A stretch of DNA of 63,222 bases, counting the filler, from Octopus bimaculoides (taxonomy: Eukaryota), in NCBI RefSeq assembly GCF_001194135.2. It is 3 parts of 3 records of this genome, joined end to end, with 100 filler letters (N's around TTAATTAATTAA, not from the genome) between each part and the next. Parts side by side here need not be neighbours in the genome. Positions count along the whole stretch, not along the records: positions 30,851 to 52,669 come from NC_068997.1; 2 more parts are not named here. The stretch is one strand, 5' to 3'. Below are positions 39,543 to 50,167 of this stretch, one piece after another. How positions within the stretch are numbered: position 1 is the first letter of the stretch; every line of letters starts with the position of its first letter. A program made the position numbers and the translations under genes. The notes under the pieces are model-generated. The model made no database searches. It worked only from the letters and a program-made list of their open reading frames with translations, and was not told where the DNA came from.

Positions 39543-39900
39543 TAAGAGGTCATGTCGAAAGGTTCCTGGCTTTGGGTAAAAGAAAATGCAGGAAGATCAG
39601 TTAATTATGGCTTCATTCAACATATTCTCTTCTCAGTGGTCCTTGAGTTTTTGTTAAACCCTGTAAAAGAACTCGGAAGTTTAGGCTTCCAACCAAGCCT
39701 ATTGCGATACACTTAAAACCAGAAACTAACATACCCACTAACATACTCAACACACATGCACACACACATATGAGGTGGTGCTGCAAAGTTCCTGGATTCG
39801 GGTAAAAGAAAATAACAGGAGGATCACTTAATTATGATTTTATTCAACATATTCCCCTTTCAGGTTTTCACACTTATTGATGCGGCCCTTTGCAGCGTTA
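39543..39900 (-). mobile_element. Two tandem mariner 3'-end/TIR remnants
   Basis: Direct repeat aa(a/g)gttcctgg..tt.gggtaaaagaaaat..caggargatca.ttaattatg at about 39559 and 39786. The minus strand encodes KCENLKGEYVE-stop (mariner C-terminus) followed by a TIR-like end, TATGAGGTGGTGCTGCAAAGTTCC. Confidence 0.65.
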
Positions 39901-40095
39901 CAACAAACACGCGAATTGGTTGTCATTTGTGAATCGTTATGGAAACCACGCCACAATGACGCTTCAATCAGCGCCAAAACGCCCAATGCAAGAATAAGAA
40001 CGTGGGAGTGTGTGTGTGGGGGGGGTTCGTATGTGTGTGCGAACACACACAGACGAGCGCAGGCACAGACATACACACACACACAAGTACACACA

Positions 40096-40170
<75 letters not shown>

Positions 40171-40203
40171 ACACATGACAAGCTTGTACCCAGTTTTTTA
40201 AAA

Positions 40204-40231
40204 CTTAATTTCCATTTTTTCTCTTTGCCAG
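40204..40231 (+). promoter_or_regulatory. Candidate 3' splice acceptor just upstream of paralog B
   Basis: CTTAAT branch-like motif, pyrimidine tract (ttccattttttctctttgc) and CAG ending 10 nt before the ATG. Confidence 0.55.
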
Positions 40232-40241
40232 TCTCCAAGCT

Positions 40242-41612
40242 ATGGAACCTTACAAAATCAAGGTTTTTTATCCCACCAAGCTAATCTCAAGAGAAGACCG
40301 CATAAATTGTCTGACGGAAGCTCATTACAATCCATTCCTTTTGAAATCAGATGATATATTCATTGATCTGCTAACAGATTCCGGCACTGGAAGCCAAAGC
40401 GCAGCTCAGTGGTCCGCCATGATAAATGCTGGCCATTCAACCATTAATTCGGAATACGTCACACAGTTTATACGTACCATTCAACATGTTACCAAATTCA
40501 AACATGTATTTCCTGTTCACCAAGGTAGAGGAGCAGAAGACTTGGTAGCAAAACTGTTACTGAATAAAAACAGCGTTGTCCTGAGCAATTCATTGTTTGA
40601 TACGACACGTGCACACGTCGAATCGTCTGGTGCAATGGGGATAGACTTAGCAGCCACCTCTTCTAAGTTTATGGGAGATGTCAATGTGGAAAAATTCAAG
40701 GAATCGCTAGATAAATATGGATCATGGATTCATCTTGTAATAATTACCTGCACCAATAATGTCGTAGCTGGAGCTCCAGTAAGTATGCAAAATATAGAAG
40801 TAATAACGAAGTTATGTAGAACAAATAATATCCCGGTTTTCATGGATGCGTGTCGTTTCGTTGAAAATGCTTATTTTATCAAGACTTTAGACGAGAAATA
40901 TTCAAAGCACACCATCATAGATATTGCACATGAAATGTTTTCCCATTTTGATGGTGCATCTATGTCTCTTAAAAAGGATGGTATAAGCAACGGAGGGGGA
41001 TTTTTGGCTTTGAACAACGATAAATGGGCAAAAGAAATATTTGATATCGTTGAATACAAAAGTGGTTATTCAACATTTGGTGGAATAACTGGGGCAAATC
41101 TTGCTGCATGCACTGTAGGAATTTCTGAAGCCATGAACGAAAATTACCTTCGGTCAAGAATCCATCAAGCAAAGTTGTTGGCTGGTTTCTTGGAAGACAA
41201 TAACGTTCCAGTCTTTAAACCGGTCGGGGCACACGCAGTTTATGTGAAGGCAAATGAAGCGTTGCCACATCTAGAATTCGCTAAATATCCTGCATGGTCT
41301 CTTAATTGTGCCGTATATATTGAAGGTGGAATTCGATGCGGAGAAATCGGTAATGTAATGTTTGGTGAATCTCCAGATGGATCGAAACACACTCACCCTT
41401 TTGAATACGTTCGACTGGCTTTACCCAGAAGAACCTATACTGTCAATCATCTACATTTTGTAGCAAAAGTATTTGGCAATGTCACCAAAAAGGCCCAGCT
41501 CGTCCACGGAATGGAAATTGTCAAATCTTCGCATCTCTTGAGACATTTCACGATTTGGATGAAACCTATAAACGATATTCTAATAGGAAACGATATCAAT
41601 GATAAAAACTGA
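40242..41612 (+). CDS. Tryptophanase-like paralog B; uninterrupted ORF, PLP site intact but lacks the catalytic Tyr (TPL Tyr71 / TnaA Tyr74)
   Basis: Intact 456-aa ORF with YNPFLL, DLLTDSGT, HQGRGAE, LFDTTR, TNN, MDACRFVENAYFI, SLKKD (K245), GGIRCGEIG, VRLALPRRTYT, LRHFT. The GDEAY motif is replaced by AGHST (T67, ACC at 40440-40442). Confidence 0.95.
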   Translation: MEPYKIKVFYPTKLISREDRINCLTEAHYNPFLLKSDDIFIDLLTDSGTGSQSAAQWSAMINAGHSTINSEYVTQFIRTIQHVTKFKHVFPVHQGRGAEDLVAKLLLNKNSVVLSNSLFDTTRAHVESSGAMGIDLAATSSKFMGDVNVEKFKESLDKYGSWIHLVIITCTNNVVAGAPVSMQNIEVITKLCRTNNIPVFMDACRFVENAYFIKTLDEKYSKHTIIDIAHEMFSHFDGASMSLKKDGISNGGGFLALNNDKWAKEIFDIVEYKSGYSTFGGITGANLAACTVGISEAMNENYLRSRIHQAKLLAGFLEDNNVPVFKPVGAHAVYVKANEALPHLEFAKYPAWSLNCAVYIEGGIRCGEIGNVMFGESPDGSKHTHPFEYVRLALPRRTYTVNHLHFVAKVFGNVTKKAQLVHGMEIVKSSHLLRHFTIWMKPINDILIGNDINDKN

Positions 41613-41844
41613 GCTGTCTTCTCTTTGCAAGAGTCCGCTGCAAGTAATGACAGGTTACATTTGGTAATGCCTTCCTTCCCTGTGTTTTTCATTCGTTCTT
41701 AGCTCTGGACTCATTTCTCTGAAAGGTGCTTTACGAATACTCTAACCGTGTGCTTTGCAAAAAAAAAAAAAAGAAAAAAAAATCAATCAGCAGATAAGAA
41801 GCTAATTTTATACAGTTTATAAGGATTATTACTATCAAGTATAA

Positions 41845-42055
41845 CGCAGCGAGTTGGCAGAATTGTTAGAACGTCGGAAAACAAAACTTAGCAGCATTTC
41901 GCCCGTCTTTACGTTCTGCGTTCGAATTCCATCGAAGTCGACTTTGTTTTTTATCCTTTCGGGGACGATTAAATAAGTACCAGTTGTGCACTGGGTCGAT
42001 GTAAACGACTTAACCCCTCTTCCGAAATTGCTGCTCCTGTACCAATATTTGAAAG
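41845..42055 (+). mobile_element. tRNA-derived SINE with core gtcgacttt...atcctttcgggg...aaataagtaccag (minus-strand copies near 11560-11770, 11920-12130, 12405-12580, 25455-25690, 34270-34420, 45520-45675, 50170-50350, 51780-51970)
   Basis: B-box-like ttcgaattcc and a conserved core repeated many times. Confidence 0.75.
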
Positions 42056-42083
42056 TGTTATATAGGTGTGTGCGTATATATAT

Positions 42084-42345
42084 AATTGCCAACTATGGCG
42101 GTCCCATACAGGACGATGCTACTGTTATTTTTAGCCCCAGGAGGACATCTCCCCCAGCTGTCTAACGACACACTGCCTGTGTCCGGTGTGTATCACGTAA
42201 GGCTAGAGATGGAAACGATGATTTCTCCTCACAAATACTAATCGGACACAGACAATGTGTCGTCAGCCAGCTGCAGGAGATGTCTTCCTGGGGCTAAAAA
42301 CAACAGTAGTATCGTCCCCTATGGGACTGCCATTTAGTTGGCAAT
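42084..42345. mobile_element. Fold-back MITE (arms of about 105 bp) downstream of paralog B
   Basis: aattgccaact...tgtgtccg and cggacaca...agttggcaatt; TA flanks. Confidence 0.8.
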
Positions 42346-45300
42346 TATATTTTACGATTCCGTACTGCTACTGTTTACTTCCCGCTCAGAGATTTAATAT
42401 TAGATTAATGTATGTTGGTGTATTGCTGTGTGTGTGTGTATACGTTTGAGATGGTACCAGTGTTTATACATTTGTTAATGAATAAACAGATAGTTCATCT
42501 CCGCCTTTCTCCCTCTCTAGTTATATTAATGCTACGTTTACCTTTATCTACAAGTGGAGTAGCGTGAGATTGTAAACTCGAAAACCTTATCAATAAAACT
42601 TATATCTAAAATGTTTAACGCAATTTTATATTTTGAAATGAATTAAAACTGAATAAATTTATTCGTTTTCAACTGATGTACGTTGATGTCGCGTTGTTTC
42701 TTCTTTATTTCGTCTCTATTTACTTTTCTGTATCTACGTGTATGTCGTGTGTGTATTTGTGTGTCTCTATGTATATGTACGTTTATTTTTTTCTTTCCGA
42801 TTCACTTTAGTTCTTTTTCGTGGAGTTCGAGCCAGTCACTAATAAAGTGGCATGGGTTGATAGTGACCTGAGACGATATTTTAATTAGCATTCATTATAT
42901 ATATTTCCATAGTTTTCAAATGCAAAGGATGTTTTCCTTTTTCTGCCAGTCTCTCTTTTTTACTCTCTCTCTCTCTGATTTAGCATGGCTTCTACGGCTG
43001 GATGCCCTTCCTAACACCAACCACTCCGAAAGCGTAACACACACATGCATATATATATATATATATATATCAATGTAACCTCGTGGATATCGTTGGCGAT
43101 TTTTTCTTCCTCCGTCTTTCCCTTCTTTGGACTTTTCTTTGCTTCCGACGAAGAGCTCCGCTCGAAACGTCAAATTCACTTTCTTTCCTTTCCCGAGCGT
43201 CCAGTAACACAATCTGTATCAGGTCCTCACGTTGTTGTTTTTTCTTGTCTTTTTCCTTTTTTGAACTATATATATANNNNNNNNNNNNNNNNNNNNNNNN
43301 NNNNNNNNNNNNNNNNNNNNNNNNNNNNNNNNNNNNNNNNNNNNNNNNNNNNNNNNNNNNNNNNNNNNNNNNNNNNNNNNNNNNNNNNNNNNNNNNNNNN
43401 NNNNNNNNNNNNNNNNNNNNNNNNNNNNNNNNNNNNNNNNNNNNNNNNNNNNNNNNNNNNNNNNNNNNNNNNNNNNNNNNNNNNNNNNNNNNNNNNNNNN
43501 NNNNNNNNNNNNNNNNNNNNNNNNNNNNNNNNNNNNNNNNNNNNNNNNNNNNNNNNNNNNNNNNNNNNNNNNNNNNNNNNNNNNNNNNNNNNNNNNNNNN
43601 NNNNNNNNNNNNNNNNNNNNNNNNNNNNNNNNNNNNNNNNNNNNNNNNNNNNNNNNNNNNNNNNNNNNNNNNNNNNNNNNNNNNNNNNNNNNNNNNNNNN
43701 NNNNNNNNNNNNNNNNNNNNNNNNNNNNNNNNNNNNATATATATGCACAAGCACACACATATATACACACAGTAGTGATTTGACATTATACTTTCACACG
43801 TAAGGAAAAATAAAAGTAAAATATTTTAATATACAAACGAAAACATAATATAGATTTATCATTATAAGATAGATAGATAGATATACATATTCATTTATTT
43901 TGTTTTAACGTCCACTTTTCCAAGCCAGCATGAGTTAGACGGAATTCATTGAGACAGATTTTCTACATTTGAATGCATTTCCTGTAGTCAACCCTCGCCT
44001 GTTCCAAAGTAAGGCAATGTTCCCCCTTCCTCACAGAATATTGGGAAACAAGGTAGAACACTTCAATGACAGTTTCCCTCACAACTGTAATACGATGTGA
44101 AGGAAGGAGATACATGCATGATACATACATCATCATCATTGTTTAACGTCCGTTTTCCATGCTGGCATGGGTTGGACGGTTTGACTGGGGACTGGCAAGC
44201 CAGAAGGCTGCACCAGGCTCCATTCTGATCTGGCAATGTTTCTACAGCGGGATGCCCTCCCTAACGCCAACCACTCTGAGAGTATAGTGGGTGCTTTTAT
44301 GTGCCACTGGCACGGGAGCTAGTCAGACGGCACTGGCATTGGCCTCTTTCGGATGGTGCTTTTTATGTACCACCGGCACGGGGAATGTGTGTATGTCATC
44401 AGCATCATTATTTAACGTCTGTTTTCCATACTGACATGAGTTGGACGGTTTGACAAGAGCTGGCAAGCTAGAGGATAAGGTGTTAGATAGATAGATAGAT
44501 AGATAAAGGGAGAGAGAGGAAGAGATTCTATAGACGTCTTTTACTTCTTATCTACCAAATCCACTAACAAGGCTATAATCAGTCCATGGCTATCACAGAC
44601 ATCTGCCCAAGGTGCAACATTGAGTTTGAACCCAACGCCACATGACTGGGACGTGAGCTTCCTATTCACACACCCATGTCACATCTATACATATGTCTTC
44701 ATTTAATTTCTGCTTTCCATTGCTGGCATGGGTTGGACGGCTTGACAGGAGCTTGTAAGCCACTAAAGCCAAGATTTGCCTCAAATCGCACCCTACCATT
44801 TTAAAAGAATTCCTAATAGAAGTGGCACCACCCTACATATTTTGTTTTTTCTTCTAATACACCGGTTTCTATGGTGGCATATGTGTTCCCCACAGCTGGA
44901 CGGGACGACAGTCCATCGCAGTGTTACTCAAGAAATAGAAAGAAAGAATGAGAGAAAGTTGGAGCAAAAGAGTACAACAGGGGTCACCACCACCTGCCAG
45001 AGCCTTGTGAAGCATTAGGTGTTTGCGCTCAATAAACACACACAACGCTCGGTCTGGGAATCGAAACCACGATCCTCTGACCGTGAGTCCGCTGCCCTAA
45101 CCACTGGGCCATTGCGCCTCCACCGCTAATGATTCCACTAGCTCAATAATGATGATGATGATACAGATGAGATTGAGATATCTAGGGCGTGGCAATTAAA
45201 AACCAAAACCATCTCTGTTGCTGTAAGTACCCTGGGAATGATCAAAAAAGGGTACTGGTACATTTTTTGACCAGATCCCTGGGAAACAAACAATTTATGA

Positions 45301-46615
45301 GACTCAAAAACTTGTGTTGACACCAACTGCCTACATTCTCAGGAAGTTTTTTTCCATCTAATATATACATGCCTTAGGTCTCTGGTTGAGACCCGAGCGG
45401 AAGATGAAATAAAACACAAATCAATTAGAAAATAATAATAAGAATGATAATAATAACAATAACAGTAATAACAACAACAATAATAATAAAACCAATCCTT
45501 TGTAATGTAGGCACAAGGCCTGAAATTTGGGGAAGGACAAGACTAGTCGATTAGACCCCGAAAGAATAAAAAGGAAAATCAACCTTGGCAGAATTGAACC
45601 TCAGAGTGTAACTACAGACGAGACGCCTCTAAGCATTTCACCCGATGTGTTAACCATTCTGCCAGCACACTGCCTTATTAATTATAATTATTATTAATAA
45701 TAATAATAATAAAAATAACCCATAATTATATTTCTACCTAAATCTAGTACTTCATTGCAGGATGAAAGATACAGTTGACCTTGGTGGGATTTGAACATGG
45801 AACACAGGGAGCCAGAAGAAATGCTACTAAGCATATTAATAATAATAATAATAATAATAACAATGATAATATTTTGTCTATTAGCCAAGAGGACATTAAT
45901 TTAATACAGTGAAGAGGGAACTAAAAAATTAATGTGGGTGGGAGAGGGGTGGAAGATGTTATACAGGAAACGAAGAGTGGTGTTTATTATAAGGAAATAA
46001 TAAACATATAAAATAACACAAAAGTATAAAAATACATATACATAAAACGTGTGATGGCTATACAAACATACATACATATATGTGTGTGTGTGCATATGTG
46101 TGCACACATGTATGTATAGTATTTATGTATAGATATCACTCATGCAGACACATGCATATGTGTATATATATATATATNNNNNNNNNNNNNNNNNNNNNNN
46201 NNNNNNNNNNNNNNNNNNNNNNNNNNNNNNNNNNNNNNNNNNNNNNNNNNNNNNNNNNNNNNNNNNNNNNNNNNNNNNNNNNNNNNNNNNNNNTATATAT
46301 ACACATATAAATATAAATAAGAAATAGTGGCACAAGACACCTATGTTTGGTAGAAAACAGTTGATAACCATACACATCTTTACCTATATATATTCAGTGA
46401 ATCTTTACATAGTGTCATATGGCTATCGACTGCTATTTCCAGCAAACATTGGTGCCTTATTGTGCCACCATTTCCTTTTTATAATTCTACCTTTACACTG
46501 TTTTATTTCCCTGGAAAATAACACCATTGTATTGTAATGATATCTATAATTCATATATATATATATATATATATATAACAAAGTAAAATTGGAAGGTACT
46601 GCACAAGTGAAAATA

Positions 46616-47147
46616 TATAGGGAAGAGGATTTGAAACTGCAGAGGTCTTTTAAAGATGTTTATTGACATGACCGGTTTCACTTTTTTTAAAAATTGATTT
46701 TCAAAAGTAAAAAGTAAGGCTTTGTGTAACCTTTTCAGTGTCAAAAAATGGTTATCATAAATGTATCAAAATACAGTGATAGAGTCTTTGACAACGATAA
46801 GAAAATGTTAAGAGGGATTTTGTGTTTAAACAGTTGACATAAAAGTGTTCAAAATAGGTAGTAAAATAAATTCATTATTATTTATAAGTTCATCAAAAAT
46901 CATGATTGTATATAAGCATACATACAGAAAGAATTTGTAGACAGTATTGGATAGGAGAAAGCATATATTGCTTAGTCAAAACTTTATCAGAAATCATATT
47001 TAAATGTTTATAAGGCTTTTAGGGGAATGACCAACCTTTTTTCTTTTTCTTTCTGAATTTATTTTACTACCTATTTTGAACACTTTTATGTCAACTGTTT
47101 AAACAAAAGTTCCTCTTAACATTTTCTTATCAGTTTCAAATCCTCTC

Positions 47148-47154
<7 letters not shown>
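46616..47154. mobile_element. About 540-bp TA-flanked MITE with terminal and internal inverted repeats
   Basis: 24-bp TIRs tataggg(a/g)agaggatttgaaactg (1 mismatch); internal inverted arms at 46796-46873 and 47055-47131. Confidence 0.7.
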
Positions 47155-47183
<29 letters not shown>

Positions 47184-47593
47184 TAAATGAAAGACAGAAG
47201 ATGGAATATATGAGAATTTTTATTATCAATCACGACAATTGTTTCGACACATCCACATTGATCCCTCACGGGTGGGAAACTTAACAACTGGTTCAGGAGC
47301 ATTCAACGATGCAGATGTGTCTCACTGGGCGATAAATAAATATCACTCATTAAAATAACAGTTACGCAATGTATTTTCTCATTTCATAGAGAGAAAAACA
47401 GCAAAGTAAAAGAAAGATCTTCATTTATATAGAAGATCCAAGAGCCATGTGGCTCATTTTGGTGTTAACTTTTGGTATAGTTTAAGGAACTATGTGTATA
47501 CTATATAAAATTTTAAAATATCAATGTACAATCTCCATATCCTAATACAATAAAAATACATTTCATATATACATACATACATACGTACATACA

Positions 47594-47627
<34 letters not shown>

Positions 47628-47845
47628 CGTATGTACGTATGAATGTATACACACACATATCTCTGATACGTCTCATTATCTATTATTATTATTATTATCA
47701 TTATTATTAAAATAGCATTATCATTCTTATTATTGCAGTTTGTAATACTGACTAAGGCAGCAGTGAAGTCAGTTATTGTACAAAAACAACATCCAGAAGA
47801 AAGTGGGTGTTTTAACAAACTCCCTCCAAAACCAGGACAGCTCTG

Positions 47846-47921
47846 TTAGAACATTGGTACAAAATTAAATTCATCAACTGAATAATCAGTGGATAAGTCG
47901 TTTAAAATCAGCTCTTCAATC
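47846..47921 (-). CDS. Terminal coding exon of the minus-strand host gene
   Basis: Long poly-T tract and GCAG acceptor, phase 2; IEELILNDLSTDYSVDEFNFVPMF then TAA. Confidence 0.65.
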
Positions 47922-48165
47922 CTGCAAAAAAAAACAAAAAAAAAAAAAANNNNNNNNNNAATACAAAAAAAAAAAAAGAAACAAAAAGAAGATTCATTCA
48001 ACAGGCTTGGTTTTGTGGTAAAGAAGTTTGCTTCCCAATCACGTGGTCTTGGGATCAGTCCCACTCTACAGCACCTTGGGCAAGTGTCTTCAAATATTGC
48101 CTGAAGTCGACCAAAGCCTTGTGAGTGGATTTTTATAGATGGAAACTGAAAGAAGTCTATCATAT

Positions 48166-48224
<59 letters not shown>

Positions 48225-48266
48225 TATATATATATATACATAAATACATGTATATGTATAGATACA

Positions 48267-48309
<43 letters not shown>

Positions 48310-48334
48310 CTATATAATATAGATAAACATAGAC

Positions 48335-48369
<35 letters not shown>

Positions 48370-48370
48370 C

Positions 48371-48437
<67 letters not shown>

Positions 48438-48880
48438 TAGATAGACAGGCAGGCAGATAGGTGCACATGTATATATTTGTGCATGTCTTTGTGCCCCCAC
48501 CCCCACCCCCATCACTACTTGACAGCTGGTGTTGGTTTGATTACATCTCTGTAACTTTGTGGCTCAGAAAAAAAAGGAGACTGATGGAATAATATCATGC
48601 TTTAAAACAAATTGAGTATCACGTTCAATTATCACAGCTAAAGCCTTCAAATTGGTGCCCCAGTATGGGCACAGACTGAACCTGGAACCATGTGGTTGGG
48701 AAGCAAGCTTCTTACCACACAGCCACTCCTGCACCTATTATTATTATTGTTGTTGTTGTTGCTGCTTCAAATTTTGGCACAAACAAGCAACTTTAAGGGG
48801 AGGAATTGGTTGATTACATCAGCGCACCACAACCGGGATGCCGTCGCACACTGGTGTGCCACGAGACGATGCTCGGTGTG

Positions 48881-48946
48881 CCACAGTGTAACCTGAATAT
48901 AATTTTTTTTCCCTATACTTTTAGTTATATTCAGGTTACACTGTGG
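48881..48946. repeat. Perfect 22-bp inverted repeat inside a hAT-like MITE remnant (about 48830-49022)
   Basis: ccacagtgtaacctgaatataa / ttatattcaggttacactgtgg; surrounding ggtgtgcc subterminal-like motifs. Confidence 0.6.
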
Positions 48947-49364
48947 TACATCTACTTTAGGTGTGCTGAATTTTGAAAAGAATGAAAGTGTACCACAAGT
49001 AGAAAAAAGTTGCAGGGCCCTGGATTACACCAAAGTCATAAAGGGGTCTGAAATTTTAATAATAATCTTTTACCTAAATTTTTTCTTTTTTTTTAGTATT
49101 TTTTCTTTAAGGATTTTATGACTGAATATTATAATTTCTTATGTCATCATCAGTTTTTAACATCCATTTTTTCTTGCTAGCAAGGGTCAGACAGAATTTG
49201 TTGAAGCAGATTTTCTTTAGCCGAATTTCCTCCCAGTCACCAATATTATATACTTGTCTCTATTAAGCAAGGTAATATTTCTCCCTGGCCAGACATGCTT
49301 TTCCTAGAAGATTGGAAACTAAGAACACCGCTGCTTGTATGATGGTGAAGCTCATTTACAACTA

Positions 49365-49592
49365 TTAACCGTTTAGTGTTTAAACCGGCCATATCTGGCC
49401 CAGATATTCAACATGTTTTATATTCAAACTGTCCATATCTAGCCTCTCACACCTAACCTACATTGACATTCTAAAAATGAACAATCACATCATTGAAACC
49501 TCAAAGCTATAAGATAATGCATGATTAATTCAAAACAATTTGAGTGAAAAAGTATTACATTTAACAGAGTAATCTGAACACTAAAGGGTTAA
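49365..49592. mobile_element. piggyBac-type MITE with TTAA target-site duplication
   Basis: TTAA|CCGTTTAGTGTT ... AACACTAAAGGG|TTAA. Confidence 0.65.
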
Positions 49593-49835
49593 ACAATGTC
49601 AAGAAATGGAAATGCTAACACACACACAGAGGATGAGTTTCATTCAGTTTCTGTCAAAAAAATTCACTTACTAAGCTTTGGATGAACCAGGGCTATAATA
49701 GAAGACACCTGCCCAAGGAACCATGCAGTGAAATTAAATCCAAAACCAGCAAACACATATTAAAAAAAAAAAAAAAAACGTACATAAAAAAAACAAATAT
49801 TAAAATTTCAGACCTTTCCATGACTTTTGGCTTAC

Positions 49836-49878
49836 CCTGTATTATACTTATTTTGTTTTTTGTTTCCATTCACCAGAA
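49836..49878 (-). CDS. Internal coding exon (43 nt, phase 1-2) of the minus-strand host gene
   Basis: cttacag acceptor and gtaagc donor; open frame VLVNGNKKQNKYNTG; bridges the phases of the flanking exons. An alternative upstream acceptor is possible. Confidence 0.55.
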
Positions 49879-50105
49879 CTGTAAGTTCATATCCAACCTA
49901 AACACCTTTCTTTGGTAATTTTTTCCCCTGGCTGTACAATGTTATCACAGAATACTGGAAACGAAAGACACCATTTATATAATGGTGACGATTATTTACA
50001 ACTATCAAAGTTGACTTCAGTGAAATTTGAACTCAGAACGTAAAGGCAGATAAAATGCTACTAAGCGTTTGCTCCACTTGCTAACAATTCTTCCACCTCA
50101 CCACC

Positions 50106-50167
<62 letters not shown>

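Noticed and set aside
35096-41612. Bacterial contaminant explanation for the lyase genes
   Set aside because: Host SINEs, microsatellites and mariner remnants share N-free contigs with each gene, and there is no bacterial gene density or operon context. Read-level confirmation is still needed.
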